A stretch of DNA of 64,000 bases from Hyaloraphidium curvatum SAG 235-1 (GCA_025558095.1 JAIVFI010000026.1:62001-126000); one strand, 5' to 3'; counted from the first letter of the stretch, positions 1 through 14,304 are shown. Notes: generated by a model from the letters alone, not told the origin. Made by a program: numbers and translations.

Positions 1-867
1 CGGCGAATGGTGGCAGCCAAGCCCATCCCCGGCGGATCGGCCACCGGCTTGCGCATGGCTTTGCACGGCAGCCGGGCCATCCGCGTTCAACCGGGCTATT
101 CCGGACGCCGCTCTGGTCCCCGTGGCACGTTTTGTCCCACCAACAGCGCGGCTCCCCTCGCCCGCGGCCCGTCCCTAGGAGGTTTTTCCCGCCTTCGGGC
201 AACAACCCCCGGCCCCGCCCATCCCGGCTCGCCAACCCCCAGGGCCCACGCCATCCACGTCTCCGACCCCTCTCCCGCCCAACCGACCCCCCGACCTGCC
301 CCGCAGCCTCCCCTCCCCTCCCCGGCTGCCGCAGCCGCATTTGCCCGCCCTGGCTGCCGCGGCCACGCACTTCGCCACACCCCCCCCCCTTCCCACCCCC
401 CTCCCTCCCCTCCCCGCCCTCGCAATCATCGGCGGCAAGCTACGCACGCGCCCGGGCGGCCCGGCACGGGCCCGGATGCGTCCGCCGTGCGGGGGCGGCG
501 GTGCGCTGCCGCAGCATCCAGGGGGAGGTTGCCGCCGGAACCCGCCCGGCCGCGGTCCGCCTTGCCGCCCGGCTGGCTTGGCCTCCGATTACCCGGACGC
601 TGCCGGCCGTTCGCGAGAACCGCCCCGCGGGCGGCGGTGGGGTCAAGGCACGGTGGACCCTCGGTGTCCCTTGGTCCCCTCAGCTCCCTCCGCCACACGG
701 CACGTGAAATAACCGGGATATATTGCGGCCGCCCCCGCAGCGCCGCGAACGGATGACTAGATGCCCGGATGCCCAGACGACTAGAATGATATAGGACCCA
801 GTTGCTCCCCCATGCAGCCGCGCTGCACGCTCCCCCGGCCCCCACCCTGTCCCCCCCACGGGACCAC

Positions 868-3587
868 TCACGCGACGGTAAAGTACAGCGGGTACGCCCT
901 CCCCGCCTCCGAAAACTCGACGTCTGCGCACCCCGGGCGGCACACCGTTAGCTTCCCCCCTCACTGCGCCGCGCGACGCAAAAGGCACCCACAATCCTGC
1001 CACGCCACGTTCCCCTTGACGTCCCACGCCATGGCCACCAGCTCGTGGGCCCCCGGTGCCAGCTGCGCCGTGTCGAGCGCGAAGGAGCCGCCGTAGGTCA
1101 CGATGTTGCCCGGGAACATCACTTCGTGGACGACGGTGCCGTCCAGCGTCAGCTCGAAGCGGGCGAGGGGGACCGCGGAGCCCAGGGCGGTCACCGCGTT
1201 GCCCGGCCTGAGGCGGTACCGCACCTCCTGCATCCCCCTGGGCACCTGCGGCCCCGGCCGGAGGAGCAATTTGGGGAACAGCGGGTGCGTGGAGTCGACG
1301 GGCACGCACTCGCTCGTGAGATCGAGGGGGTTGGCCCGCTCGCACGGGACCTCGGTCGAGAAGTTGCCGACGGCGGTGATCTTCGCGAGGGGGCCCGCCG
1401 AGGTGGTGGTGGCGCGGGGGTGGAAGCTGGGGGGCAGGGCGGGGAACCACGTCGGTGCTGGATCGGGGGTTCGGTCAGCGGATGCACCGCGGCGGGGGGA
1501 GCGGAGGAGGTACCTCGCAGCTCGGCGTTGTCAGCGGGCGTCCCCGTCCTCGCGAAATCCAGCTCCAGGTGCGCGCCCGTGAGGAACCCGTCGTTGGCGA
1601 AGGAAAACCTGAACGTGTGGTTTCCCGGCGCCGCCAACGAAGCCGCGAGCGCCGCGTCCAGGTACAGCACAAAGTGGTTCGCCGGCGCCGACCTGTTCAT
1701 GGCGTCCGGGTACACGTTGGTGAAGTCCCTCCCAGCCCTCCAGAAGCTCCCGTTGAACACGGGGAGCACCGCCGTGCCGTCGACGAGGATGGTGTCGTTC
1801 TTGCTCCACGCGAGCGTGCCGTTGTCGGGCTGGAACCGGTACATGAACCTGCCCCCCCGCACCTGCCCCGGCGGCAGCGCGCCCGCCACCTGCACCGTGG
1901 CGACGCCGCCAAAGGACGAAAGCTGCTTCCACGAGGCATCGAGCTGCTCCCACGCGCGGAAGTTGCGCGTGACCGAATCCGGCGCGGGCCCGTCGAACCC
2001 GAAGTTGTCCCAGTGCACGGTGGTGAAGGGGGTGTTGTGCCGCGGGTTGCGCGAGCCGTTCTGGCGGAACGCCAGCCTGGCGCGCTCGAAGGGGAGGTCG
2101 AACCCAGAGGCCTCGAGGACGGTGCGCTCGTTGGCGGTGACGGAGATGGCGGTGCGCGAGATGGAGACGACGAAGCGGCGGCGGACGTTGATGGTCCTGC
2201 ACAGGTCCGAGGGGACGGTGCACAGGTTGGCGGTGTAGTTGACGGACGAGTCGCCGTAGGGCTGGAAGATGAGCTGCGCCGGGGAACGGGGGTGTCAGCG
2301 GGTCCGCGGGCGGGACGCGCGCGGGGCGGAGGGCGCACCAGGTTCTGCCGCATGTGGAGGAAGTACCGGGTGACGTTGCCCGAGGGGACGGAGTAGCCCA
2401 TGGTCTGGCGCATCTGGGCCTCGTTGTCGAAATACTCGTCCTTCTGGAAGTCGAGGAACCCTGTTGCGGGAGGCGGCGGTCAGCGGGAAGGCGGTACGGC
2501 GCACCCGGTGAGACGCACAGTAGTTGGACGACACGGGCCCGTCAAAGTCGAAAAACACCTTGCCGGTGCGCCCGGTAAAGTCGAACATGCCCCTCGGCCT
2601 CGCCGCGACGTGGCTGCCCTCGCACCAACCCCTCGCGAACCCGAGGTCCTTGACGAGGTTGTGCGCGTGGAACTGCGCGTTGATGAAGGTGGCCGATGCC
2701 GCGGGGTCGGCGCACCGGGAGTAGCTCGTCTGCCACTTGCCGGCGTCGAGGTCGCCCGGGCCGGTGTTGAAGTCGTCGAAGAAGCCCGTGGCCTGGGCAC
2801 GGATGGCGTCGACGCGGGCCGGGTTGGAGGAGAAGAAGACGGGGCCGGCGGGGAGGGAGAGGTTGCCGAAGAGGGTGCGGGAGGTGCCCACCGACTGCAC
2901 GGTGGCAAAGTACTGAACGCCCGGGGTAAGCGGCTGCACCTGGAAGTTGGAGTGGGGCCAGTAGGCGGTGACGTTTGCCGAGCCGTTTGCGGGGCCCCAG
3001 ACGATGCGGTAGTTGCGCTCGCCGCCGGTGGAGTTGTCGAAGATGAGCACGGCGGCGCGATCGTCGGCGACCACGGATAGGTTGAAGGGGGTGGGCGGGA
3101 GGGGAGTGACGCGGGGGATGGGCGAGACGGTGGTGCGGACGACCACGGGGCGGGTGGTGCGGATGGCGGGCAGCGTCGTCGTGCGGACCGGCGGCCGCGT
3201 GGTGGCGAGCACCTTGGCGGTGACTCGCTTGGACGTGGCCCGCTTCGAGGTCGACCGCCGCTTGCTCGTCGCGCGCCGCTTCTTTGTCGTCGAGCGGCGC
3301 CTCCGCGAGGTCGTCTTCCTGCGGCGCGTCGTCGAGCGGCGGCCGGTCATCTTGACGCCGAGCTGCCGCGGCTCGAGGGCGCCCGCGGCCGCCGCCGGAT
3401 CGCGCACGGCGGGCACGCGATCGGCCGCATCGATCGCATCGTCGATAATTGCCGGCGCGGCATCGCCCAGAACCGCCGGGAACGCCGTGGCCAGCAGCGC
3501 GAGGACGACCGCGGCGGCGAGCGCCGCGCAGACCGCAACCGCGCCGCGTGGCAGCCGCCCCCGCCCGCCCACGGCTGTACGCCGCAT
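868..3587 (-). CDS. Secreted/membrane-anchored protein with Arg/Thr-rich linker, FN3-like domain and C-terminal Ig-like domain (multi-exon)
   Basis: Hydrophobic N-terminus, RRSTT-rich tract, FN3-like segment (PFNLSVVADD...LTPGVQYFATVQSV) and an HWDNFGFDGP motif. Four GT..AG introns (e.g. 2461-2518) join ORFs 2295-3680, 1697-2413, 1191-2018 and 961-1305. Stop at 868-870. Confidence 0.65.
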
Positions 3588-4555
3588 TCTGGCGTGCGAT
3601 GCGGCTGGCATTGTCCGGGATCCGCTGTCTGGAATGGGGGTGGGCCGCATTTCTGCGGTCCCCTCGGCGGTCCAGGCCACCGCTAAGCCGAGCGGCGTCA
3701 GCGGAAACCCGCTCCGCCCCGTTCGCCGCAGAAATCCCCGGCGCGTCCCAAATCAGCAAATCCGGTGGCGGAGCTTGGAACGTCCCGGCCTCAGCGTTTC
3801 GCGTGGGGCAGCATAGGGTTTTGGAGATGGAGGCACAACCAGCGCGAGCCTCCCACCGCTGCTCCACTTCCACCTCTGGCGAACCCTGTTCCCTTGCCGT
3901 CGCGTCAGCCCCGCGGCAGCCGTCGGCGTCGCGGACGTGCGGCATCGACAGCGCCCCTGCGGCAGCCGTCGGCTGACCAATTCTCCCGCTCCAGTCAGGC
4001 CCTTGGACGTCACTCCGCCTCCCCAGCGTGAGGGTCCGATCGCACGCCGTCCGGGTGTGGCGCTGGTTTCCGTACCTTAAACGATTAGAAGAACTGTCCC
4101 AAACGCGAGCGTGGCTCGCGTAAAGGCCGGGCACTTCTGCGTCTCTGTTGGGCGAGCGGCGCATCTCGATCCCGCCCACGTCCGCTTCCCGAGTCCGTCG
4201 CCCTTTCACCCTCTACAGAAACAGCTGAAGGTCTGAAAATGCACGCACCCGGACCATGCGCCGGATGCTCTTCCGTCCGCAACGACGGCCGGGCCCCGCC
4301 CGGCCGAGCGAGGGGTGCAAACCGGGCCGGCCCGGCGGTCGAATCGCGGTCCCCATCCTCCGGAGCCGTAACATTGGACATTTCGGAGCCGTTCGCGGAC
4401 CCCTTGCGGGCCGTCGGCGCCGAATCGGTGGGAAAGGCGGGAGAACCGAATTGGGCATCCACGTTGGCTGACCAGGCGCCCACGCCGATTCGCATCATAT
4501 CGCGGATCGCGGAGCCGCAGAGCTCCCGGGTGCCAACAACGGCGCCCAAGATACC

Positions 4556-5317
4556 ATGGACGGCGTGCGGGACGAGCCCGGCGCGGGGACGGCCTCCGGC
4601 GCGCCCTGGGGCGCCGCAGCGCCGCCGGAACCGGCGGCGCCGCCCGACCTGTACCTCTTCGGCATCGACTCGCCGTACGCGGTGGATGCGTGGGAGTCGG
4701 CCAACCGCGCCGGGCTGCGCGTGCGGGGCGTGCGCAACATCGCCTCCGGCTCGGCCCCCGACGACGTGTTCCCGGACCCGCTGGACGTGTCGGACCCCGC
4801 CGACCCGGAGGATGGCCCTTCCAACTCGGATTCCCTCAAAGGCGCGCCGTTCGTGGTCCCGCTCGTGTCACCCCACCACCGCTCCCGCGCCGCCTCCCAC
4901 GCCGCCTCCCTCGGCCTGGTCCCGGGGCGCCTCGTCGACCCCACCGCCGCCGTCGCCGCCACCTCGCTCGCCGGCCCCGGGCTGTACGTCAACGCGCTGG
5001 CGGCCATCGGCGCCCGCGCCTCCTTGGGCGCGCACTGCGCCGTGAACCGCTCCGCCAGCGTGGGCCACCACGTCCGGGCGGGGGACTACGTGAGCTTCGG
5101 CCCCGGGTGCGTGGTCTGCGGCAGCGTCACCCTCGGCGACGGCGCGTTCGTGGGCGGGGGCGCGACGGTGCTCCCCCAGGTCCGGATAGGGCGGAACGCG
5201 GTGGTCGGGGCGGGGGCGGTGGTCACGACGGACGTGCCCGACAACGCGTTGGTGGTGGGGAACCCGGCGAGGGTTATGAGGGAGGTGAAAGGGTACGGGG
5301 ACCTGGGCGGCGTGTGA
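4556..5317 (+). CDS. Hexapeptide-repeat sugar acetyltransferase (PglD/NeuD family), intronless
   Basis: Left-handed beta-helix repeats: [56 protein letters not shown]. Confidence 0.85.
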   Translation: MDGVRDEPGAGTASGAPWGAAAPPEPAAPPDLYLFGIDSPYAVDAWESANRAGLRVRGVRNIASGSAPDDVFPDPLDVSDPADPEDGPSNSDSLKGAPFVVPLVSPHHRSRAASHAASLGLVPGRLVDPTAAVAATSLAGPGLYVNALAAIGARASLGAHCAVNRSASVGHHVRAGDYVSFGPGCVVCGSVTLGDGAFVGGGATVLPQVRIGRNAVVGAGAVVTTDVPDNALVVGNPARVMREVKGYGDLGGV

Positions 5318-5389
5318 CGATGGGCGGGGAGCACGGAGCGAAGGGGTGCCATCTCGAGCCGCCGCGCATCCCGAGCACCATGGCGATGC

Positions 5390-6799
5390 CTACCCTCCCC
5401 CCACCACCGTCCCGTTCCCGCACAACCAACCCAGTGCCCTCCCCGCATCCCTCAGCAGCACCCCCACATCCACCCCCAACGAGCACCCGAGCAGGCTCCT
5501 CCCGTCCCCGTGCGAGCACCACCAGCTCACCTGCGGCCCCGTCCTGCCGCACCTCTCCGCGCGGAACGCCTCGGGGCGGGGATGGCACCGGTAGCTTCTC
5601 GACCTGGAGTGCCCCGGCACGGGAATATGCTCCGTCGACAGCACGTACGGGGCGCCGATCCCTTCCCCGGAGGCGTGGGAGGTGTGTTCGCGCAGGAAGG
5701 AGGAGACTTCCACGATCGCGGCGTCGGCGCGGCCGTTGCGGAGGGGCAGGTAGCCGACGTTGCCGAGCTGCGAGCCGCGGGGGGTGACGAGGAGGCCGAA
5801 CGACGAGAAGGCGAGGGCCTGGTCGGGTACGGGGGTCGCGGGCGTGAAGGAGATGGTGGCGATGGGCCGGCGGGTGAGGTTGCCCAGGGCCGAGAGCACC
5901 TCGGCGAGGTTCACCATCGCGCGGTTGCCGTTGGCCGACGAGCCGGGATCCCGCACGTATACCGCCACCCGCGGATTAATGCAGCGGTCCTCCGGGGGCG
6001 GCGGCGGCTCATCCAGCCCGAGCAGCGCGAGCGCCTCCCTGCGCCATTCCGCCCAGGCCTCCGCCGAGGAAAAGTAGCGCCCGTACGTCGCGTCGAAAAA
6101 CAGCCGCTCGAAGCAGATCCACGGCGCGGAATACGCGCTGGCGTTCTCCGGCTTCTTCCGGTCCTCCATGTGGAACTCGGCCCGCCTCTCCGCCCACCCC
6201 GCCGCGAGCATCCCCTCCCTCTCCCACCCCGCGAACGCCGCATCCCCAGCCACCCTCCCCCACTCCCATCCCGAAGCAAGGGAGGGGCACTGGTGGAACG
6301 CCAGCCTGTCGAAGACGGGCACTGTGACCTTCCCCTCGCGGCGAACCTGCAGGAGCGCGGTTGCCCTCGAAGCCCGCATCAGGACGTGCGCGGGGTTCGT
6401 ATCCCCCCGCCGCTGCTGCCAGCAGTTTGTCAAATGTGTGGTTCCCCGGAGCAGCCTGCGGGCCGTGCCCGGGTCGGAGAACTCGGCGGGGAGCTTCCTG
6501 GTCCCCGCCGGGTAGCCCGTCCGCGCGTCCGGCCACCCCGTGTCGGCGACGTGGATCCCGTCCGCCCCGCCGCGCACGCACGCGTTGGTGAATTCCAAAA
6601 GAGCGTCGCCGGAGGGCATCCCCTGGCGGCGGTGGCGGCGCGAGGAGGCCAGGAACCCCGGGAGCGCGGAATTGGGGAGCAAGACGGCACCCGGTGAGGC
6701 ATCGGGTGGCGTAGACGAGGGTGGGGTGTCCGGGAGGAAAAGGAGGAAGAGAGGGAGGGCGGCCAGGAGGAGCGCATGGCGCGAAGGAGGGCGGAGCAT
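5390..6799 (-). CDS. Putative GT61/DUF563-like glycosyltransferase, type II membrane
   Basis: N-terminal TM segment (MLRPPSRHALLLAALPLFLLF) and GT61-like motifs NPAH, CFERL, R..N..EV, DQALAFSSFGLLVTPRGSQLGN. The 3' end is uncertain. Confidence 0.6.
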   Translation of the reverse strand: MLRPPSRHALLLAALPLFLLFLPDTPPSSTPPDASPGAVLLPNSALPGFLASSRRHRRQGMPSGDALLEFTNACVRGGADGIHVADTGWPDARTGYPAGTRKLPAEFSDPGTARRLLRGTTHLTNCWQQRRGDTNPAHVLMRASRATALLQVRREGKVTVPVFDRLAFHQCPSLASGWEWGRVAGDAAFAGWEREGMLAAGWAERRAEFHMEDRKKPENASAYSAPWICFERLFFDATYGRYFSSAEAWAEWRREALALLGLDEPPPPPEDRCINPRVAVYVRDPGSSANGNRAMVNLAEVLSALGNLTRRPIATISFTPATPVPDQALAFSSFGLLVTPRGSQLGNVGYLPLRNGRADAAIVEVSSFLREHTSHASGEGIGAPYVLSTEHIPVPGHSRSRSYRCHPRPEAFRAERCGRTGPQVSWWCSHGDGRSLLGCSLGVDVGVLLRDAGRALGWLCGNGTVVGGG

Positions 6800-7202
6800 G
6801 GCGCGCCCCGGGGTCTCCGAGGACGCGCTCCGAGGTTCCCCAGGCGTCAGAAACGCTCCGCAGCCTCCGGGGCGAGCCGGATCTGGTGCGGCGTTGGCCA
6901 ACAGGCAATCCTTTGAATGCGGGGGGACGGTTTCGGCCAAGCCCTCGTTTGGAAATTGGAGCTGTCCACGTAGTACCATGCGGATGACCTAGCTTAGCTT
7001 CTGAGCGAGATGGCTCCGTCCTGCTTTTGCGGCCGATGCGCATTGCACCGCAGGGCGAATCGAACGACTCGCGCTCGCTCGCTTCTAACACGTTGAGCGC
7101 GGCCTGTTGACCCCAGCCTGCACCAGCCGGAGACGGCATACATGCACGATGGTTGCTTTTGGTATCGCCACAACACGGTTGCATGCCACGCGCTCGAGTG
7201 AC

Positions 7203-7892
7203 TCACGCCCGCACCATAGCCATCTCCCCGGCCGCCCCCTCCCCCTCCGCCTCCTCGATCATCGCCTCCCTCCCCTCCCTGGCCATCCTCTCGCATTCGG
7301 CCTGGGCATAACCCCTCTCGTACTCCTCCGGCCCCCAGGTCTCGAAGACGTGCACGGAGGGGTGGAACCGCACCCGCCTCCGCCGGGCCGCGGGGCGGGC
7401 GTCGGGCCAGAAGCGTCCCAGGGGGAGAGATATCGATGCGTGGTGGGGGAAGGGGAGGGAGAGGGACGGGGAGGGGGAGTTGGGCGGGGCGAGGGGCGGG
7501 GAGGGCGGGGAGAACGGGCGGTTGGAGAAGGGGGTGACGTGCAGGGAGGACCCCGGGAAGCATTCCGGGGAGGCGGAGGAGTCGCACGTCGTGTCCGAGG
7601 GTGCGGGCGAACCCGGAATGTGGGGCGGCTGCTTCCGCGACGAGACGAAGCGCGAGAGCGCCAGCGCCGCACCGTCCTCGTCCCCCCGGAGCGTGGCGTC
7701 CGAGTCGACCGACGTGCGCTGCGCGTCGAACGGGTGCGGCCATTCGCGGGCCGCGGAAACGTCGACGGTGGCGCGGCGCGGGATGAGGGACTGCACGAAG
7801 GCGACGCCGCGGGGGTAGCACCCCGCGCACGGGTCGGAGCGGCGCCGCGGGAGGGGCCAGAGCGCAGGAACGGCGCCGTCCATCGGTTCCAT
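7203..7892 (-). CDS. Pro/Ser-rich protein with PP1-docking RVxF motif (Bni4/neurabin-like C-terminus)
   Basis: RRRRVRFHPSVHVFETWGPEEYERG matches the RVxF...ET(Y/W)..EEY(D/E)R module. Confidence 0.5.
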   Translation of the reverse strand: MEPMDGAVPALWPLPRRRSDPCAGCYPRGVAFVQSLIPRRATVDVSAAREWPHPFDAQRTSVDSDATLRGDEDGAALALSRFVSSRKQPPHIPGSPAPSDTTCDSSASPECFPGSSLHVTPFSNRPFSPPSPPLAPPNSPSPSLSLPFPHHASISLPLGRFWPDARPAARRRRVRFHPSVHVFETWGPEEYERGYAQAECERMAREGREAMIEEAEGEGAAGEMAMVRA

Positions 7893-8569
7893 TTCGCTAT
7901 ATGCGGTGTTTGCTGGTTGGTGCTGACTTTCGACATCCCGGGCGGGTTCGAGGGCCCGAGGCGAGTCAAAATTGTCCAGATGCGACGGCGGAGCCAGGGC
8001 CCTAGATGTTGCTCATCGGCCCGGGACCCCGCTCCCTGCCTTCCCCTGTGTCTCCAGCGCCATCGGTCGGTATCCAAAGGCTTCGGTAAGTTCGTGAGGT
8101 CCTGGTGGCGCACAGTCTGGGGTCGGCGTGCGAACCTCGGGAAACGGTCGGAGAAGCGGTGTGTCATCGGGTCCGGAGGTGCGGCGGGGGCCCCGAACCG
8201 CACGGCGGAACGGATCTCGCGAATGCCGGGCCCCCGCGCCATCCGGAAGTGTGAGGAGTCGAAGGATGACCACCGAATAGCCGGAACCGCCCGGGCCGGC
8301 AGGCCGCGGATGCAGGACGGCAGGGCACCGGGACTTCGCCGCGCGGATCCCTCGGAATGCGTCATCGCCCGGGACGGGCCAATCTGCACGGCGGCAAGTC
8401 CTCACTCTCCTATATCGGACGGCACCTCGCCGCGGCGGGGTGGCCGCGAGCGCCGCTCGCGTTAGTGGTCAGCTTCACCTTCGCCGGCAAATGTCCGAGG
8501 GGCATCCGACTCGCGTCGGCCACCCGCGACGAGCGCTGCATGACTCATCCCTCGCACACGCGGCCAACA

Positions 8570-10242
8570 TTACGCATCCGCAGCCCTACTCTCGTCCCCC
8601 GGCAGCTCGCACCACCTCCCCTTCCCCACGCCCTTGCACCCGCACGACGTCGTCCCCGCCGCCGCCGCCCTCCACCACCCCTCCTCCCTCCCCCTCCCCT
8701 TCCACCCCACCCAGACGGCAAACGTCGCCGCCCCCAGCGCCACGCTGGCCGCGCTCGCCGCCGCCAGCCCCCCGAACGCCTCGGGCGAGCTCCACACGGC
8801 CACGGCGACGTACTGCGCCATCTCCGCCGCCGCGCAGACGCTCCCGTGCACGCCGTTGATCCGCCCGCGGACGCCGGGGGCGACCATCTCCTGCATCAGC
8901 TGCGCCTCGATCGAGAGGTCCGCGGTCCAGAGGAAGAAGCGCGAAGCTGCGAGCAGGCCCAGGAAGGGGTACACCAGCGACGCGGGGGCGGCGCCGCCGG
9001 CGGCGTTGATCGGGAAGACCAGCGCGGCGGCGGGGATGAGCAGCGCCACCTCGCCCCACAGTCCGAGCAGCCCGGAATTGGGCAGGCCGATCCCCCGGAT
9101 CATCGGGGGCTCCGCGACGGTCGCCCCGATCCCGGCCACCACCCCCACCCCCCGCGCCGCCGCGACCGCCGCCGTCCCCACGCCCACGGATTCCAGGTAG
9201 GTGATCGTGATCCCTCCGAAGCTGAGCGACGTAAAGTACAGGAACGCCACGCTCAGCGACGGCAGCAGCACCGGATGCCTGGCGTACAGCGACCAGTCGT
9301 GCGCGAAGCGGCCGAACGAGTTGCGCACGTGCCGTGCGTGGTGCGAGGGGTCGAGGTACCAGTATGGCTGCGGCTCGCGCGGGGCCTTGGCGGGCTTGGG
9401 TTCCGCGAGGCCTGGGACGGCACGGTAGACGTTGCCGATGAGGCGGTACTCGAGCGGGTAGGAGAGGAGGTTCCAGACGATCAGCAGGAGGACAGTGAAG
9501 GGGAGGGGGAGCACCGAGACAAAGAGCGAGACGAGCAGGGGCGCCAGCACGTTGGAAAGCAGGTCGATCCGCCTCACCGACGCGTTCAGGCCCGCGAGCC
9601 GGTCCGGGTCCCCGCGGCTGGCCACGACGACCCAGTCCTTCTCGAGGCTGATGGCGTTGGCCATGTTTGACAGCTTGAGGAGGGCCGCGAAGAGGACGAC
9701 GAGGGCAAAGAGGGTGGCGGCGGCGGGGGAGACGGGGGCGCCGGCGTCGGAGGGCTGCACGCGGTACAGCCCATAGAGGAGGAGGTTGATCGCGATGATG
9801 CAGGCCTTTTGGCTGCTGATGGACGAGCGGATAGCTGCGGAAGAGGGGGTCAGCCCGACTCCGGGTTCGGGCGGACGCGCCGGCCGGACCCACCAAAGAG
9901 CCTCCCCGTTCTGTCGATCAGATTCCCCACCGTTTGACCTCCAATGATCGCCGCCCCGGTCGTCGCGAACCCCAGCACGGCGGCAAAGAACAGCGTCCCG
10001 CGGAAGATGCCGAGAAGGAGCACCACGGTGGCAAAGTCCTCCATGCGGGCGGACCACGAGGTGAGGAAGAAGGAGATGTAGAGGGAGAGGCGCCAGCGCT
10101 CGGCGGGGAGGAGGCGGGAGAGGAGGGATTGGGGGCCGGGAGAGGGGGCGGGCGCGTCCGGAGTTGCGTCCGCGGAGCCGACGCCGGCGCCGGGCGGGGC
10201 GGGCAAGGGCTCCAGTTCGACGGCCGTAGACTCTTCTGGCAT
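8570..10242 (-). CDS. Ferroportin (SLC40A1/FPN1 family) metal exporter
   Basis: LYISFFLTSWSARMEDFA, ISLEKDWVVV, LNASVRRIDL...LAP, SRFFLWTADL...QLMQE; multiple TM helices; intron near 9835-9897. Confidence 0.85.
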
Positions 10243-10855
10243 AATTGCTCCTTCCGAGGTCACCGACGTCCCCGCTGGGGCGGTTCCGTGGGCATGTCGA
10301 ATCGACTCGGAGTTGCAGCCGGCATCCCGCCGCTCGCCCAAGAACGCGACGCGTACCCGGTTCCCCCAGATTCACTTCAGATTGCAACAGGATCAAGAAT
10401 GTCAGAGTCAGGGGAGTTTCAGATACGGCCATATCTACCAGAAAGCACCAGTTCTCGTCAGACCACTGAAGTTAAGCTGGTATGAGCCACGTCAGTACTG
10501 TGGTGGGAGACCACACGGGAATACGTGGTGCTGTATCTTTTCCTCTTTTGCCGTCCCAACGACCGGGGTCTTTTGCAGAGATCCGAAGCGGTTGCCTTTT
10601 GCTCTGGATGTTCTCCGAGAGTGCTGCAAGGGGCGGAACGCGGTACAATAGAGAGGTTGGAACGGCGACCCTGCCCGAGCAACAGACGCCAACGAAGCAG
10701 CCAAGATTTCGACGAAAAAGATCACCGCGACATCTGCCAGGCAATTTTCATCCTTGATCCAGCGGAAGCCGTTTCGTGCTTCCCATGGTCCAACCGCGGG
10801 ACGTCCGGCCGCGGGACGCCTGCCCCGGACACGTGTCAGCCCATCGCCGGCAAAG

Positions 10856-11797
10856 ATGGCGGCGAGGGTGCGCCAGCGCCGCGCGCCGCAGACCGATGCA
10901 GCACGTTTGCAGCCGCCGGGTGCCGCGCAGCGCGATGCGGAGGGGCCTGAGGCGGCAGGAGGCGGGAACGGCGCGGCGGGCCTGTTCGCGCTTCCGGGGT
11001 GGCTCTTCGCGCACGTGCTGTCGCTGCTCCCCGCGCGGGCAATGCGGGGAGGCGATGGACGGCAGCCGAATACCGGTCCGGCGGTTCGGCCGGAGCGGGC
11101 ACGGGCGAGGGACGACGCCGACACCTCTTCCGAACCCGGCGACCCCGAACCCCGCGCGGACGACGACGCCTTCTCAACCGCCAGCACCGCCGTCTTCCCC
11201 CGCCTTTCCCACCCCTCCGGTACCACCGACCCCGGCCCCTCGTACTCCCTTCCCCCGGCCCCGGCCTCGCTCGCCGCGGGACTGGAAGACCGCCGCCGCG
11301 CGTTGCGGGAGAGGATGGAGCTCGAGATCGAGGACGTGCGGAGGAAGTTGCTCGAAGGCGCCGAGAAGCTGGTGCTGGGGCTGGAGGGGTGGTTCGCTTC
11401 CGCCGAGGCGGAGGAGGTGGCGGGCCACGTGAGGCGGATGCGGAGCGCGGTGGAGGCGCTCGAGACCGCGCACGGGGAGCTGGACGCGAAAAGGGCGAGG
11501 TTGGAGGGGGAGGTGCTGCCCGCGTTGGAGGGGAGGAAGGGGGAGCTGGAGCGAACCATCGCGGCCGCGGAGCGGAGGGCGGGGAGGAAGGCCAGGGCCG
11601 CGAGGGAACTGGACGCCGCGATCACGAGGATGAAGAGCGAGGCAGAGGTGCTGGTGAAGGAGGTCGGCGGGCTGGCGGGCCGCAAGAGGTTGTGGGACGC
11701 GTGCGTGGCCGCGGTCTGGGTCGTCGCGGTCCTGTGGGGTGTGATCGCGGCCGCGGTGGTGCTGGGCACGCTCTGGAGCAACGGATTTATCGGGTGA
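10856..11797 (+). CDS. Coiled-coil protein with C-terminal transmembrane anchor
   Basis: Long E/R/L heptad region followed by LWDACVAAVWVVAVLWGVIAAAVVLGTLW. Start uncertain. Confidence 0.55.
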   Translation: MAARVRQRRAPQTDAARLQPPGAAQRDAEGPEAAGGGNGAAGLFALPGWLFAHVLSLLPARAMRGGDGRQPNTGPAVRPERARARDDADTSSEPGDPEPRADDDAFSTASTAVFPRLSHPSGTTDPGPSYSLPPAPASLAAGLEDRRRALRERMELEIEDVRRKLLEGAEKLVLGLEGWFASAEAEEVAGHVRRMRSAVEALETAHGELDAKRARLEGEVLPALEGRKGELERTIAAAERRAGRKARAARELDAAITRMKSEAEVLVKEVGGLAGRKRLWDACVAAVWVVAVLWGVIAAAVVLGTLWSNGFIG

Positions 11798-12757
11798 TCC
11801 CACGACATCGAGGCTGACGGGCATGGACGCAGAGTTCATCGAATTTGACAAAGAGCGCTACATGCCGAAGGTCGCCAAAGGTCTCCGGGCCGAGCGCCTT
11901 GAAGAGCACGAGCTGGACGATGTGCTGTATGGAGCAGAACCTGGAGCCCGACCGGCCGAAGCCCTGCCCGGGCCTGCGGAGCAGCGGCCGCGCCCGATCG
12001 GGGCAAGTGAACCCACTCGATCGTGCAGAGGCAGAAGTAGCAGAACGAGCATCCCCGCGCGAAAGCCTCCCCGTACTCGGGCTCGCGCGTCCGGAGCATG
12101 TGCGCCATCGGGTCCTCGCCGGGCACGTACGTCGGCACGTCGACGAACCTGGTGGCAAAGTCAAAACGAGGATCAGATCTCTATCACAGACGCTGAGCGC
12201 CCCCCAACCCCGATACATCACGCCACGCCATATACATTGAAAAACGAGGATCCCGCGACCCGCGAAGTAGGCCGCGCACCGTTCTTCGTCCGGGACCCAG
12301 TCCGGCCAGGATTCCGGAGGCCCGGTCCCTGGGCGCGGCAGCGAACGATCCGCACCCTTGGCGTGCCAGCCGCAGTAGCGACGCGAGGGGGTGGAGTACG
12401 GCGGCAAGACGCGAGGGCAGCCGGGCTTTGCGCACTGCGGCAGGCACTCCATCCCGCAAGTCTCGCGCGCAAGGTCCCACAGGCATCGCCACCGGCACGC
12501 CACCGGCACGCCACCGCGTCCTTCTTCTTGGGCTCGAGCCTGGGGCAGCCCGCGTAGGCGCAGTCGGGAGACTCCCGCCAAGCCTGTTCGTTCTCGCGCC
12601 ACTTCATCAGGCCGGCCTGGTCCGGGGTCACAATCTCGTGCACCGGAATCTGGACCGCCACATCACCGCGCGACCGCGAGGGAACCGCCCGCGGCGGCGT
12701 CCCGGCGCTCCCCTGCCGCGGGTGTTCGTGGTGGCACCCTCCCGAACACGCCGACAT
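11787..12757 (-). CDS. Cys-rich hypothetical protein (spliced)
   Basis: Several CxxxxC/CxxH clusters across frames (CAYAGC, CAKPGC...YCGWH, CSFCYFC, FCSIQH) with intron-like gaps. Confidence 0.4.
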
Positions 12758-12904
12758 TGCGGCGGAGCGTGCGCACGCCCGTCTTCGGGACGTTCGATTT
12801 CGTTCGACGGCTTCCGGTCGAGTCCACCGGTCACGTGACTCCCCGTCACGCATCACCCCATGATTTTCCCCCCCAACTTTAGGTCTACACGATCCCGGGA
12901 GCGC

Positions 12905-14304
<1,400 letters not shown>

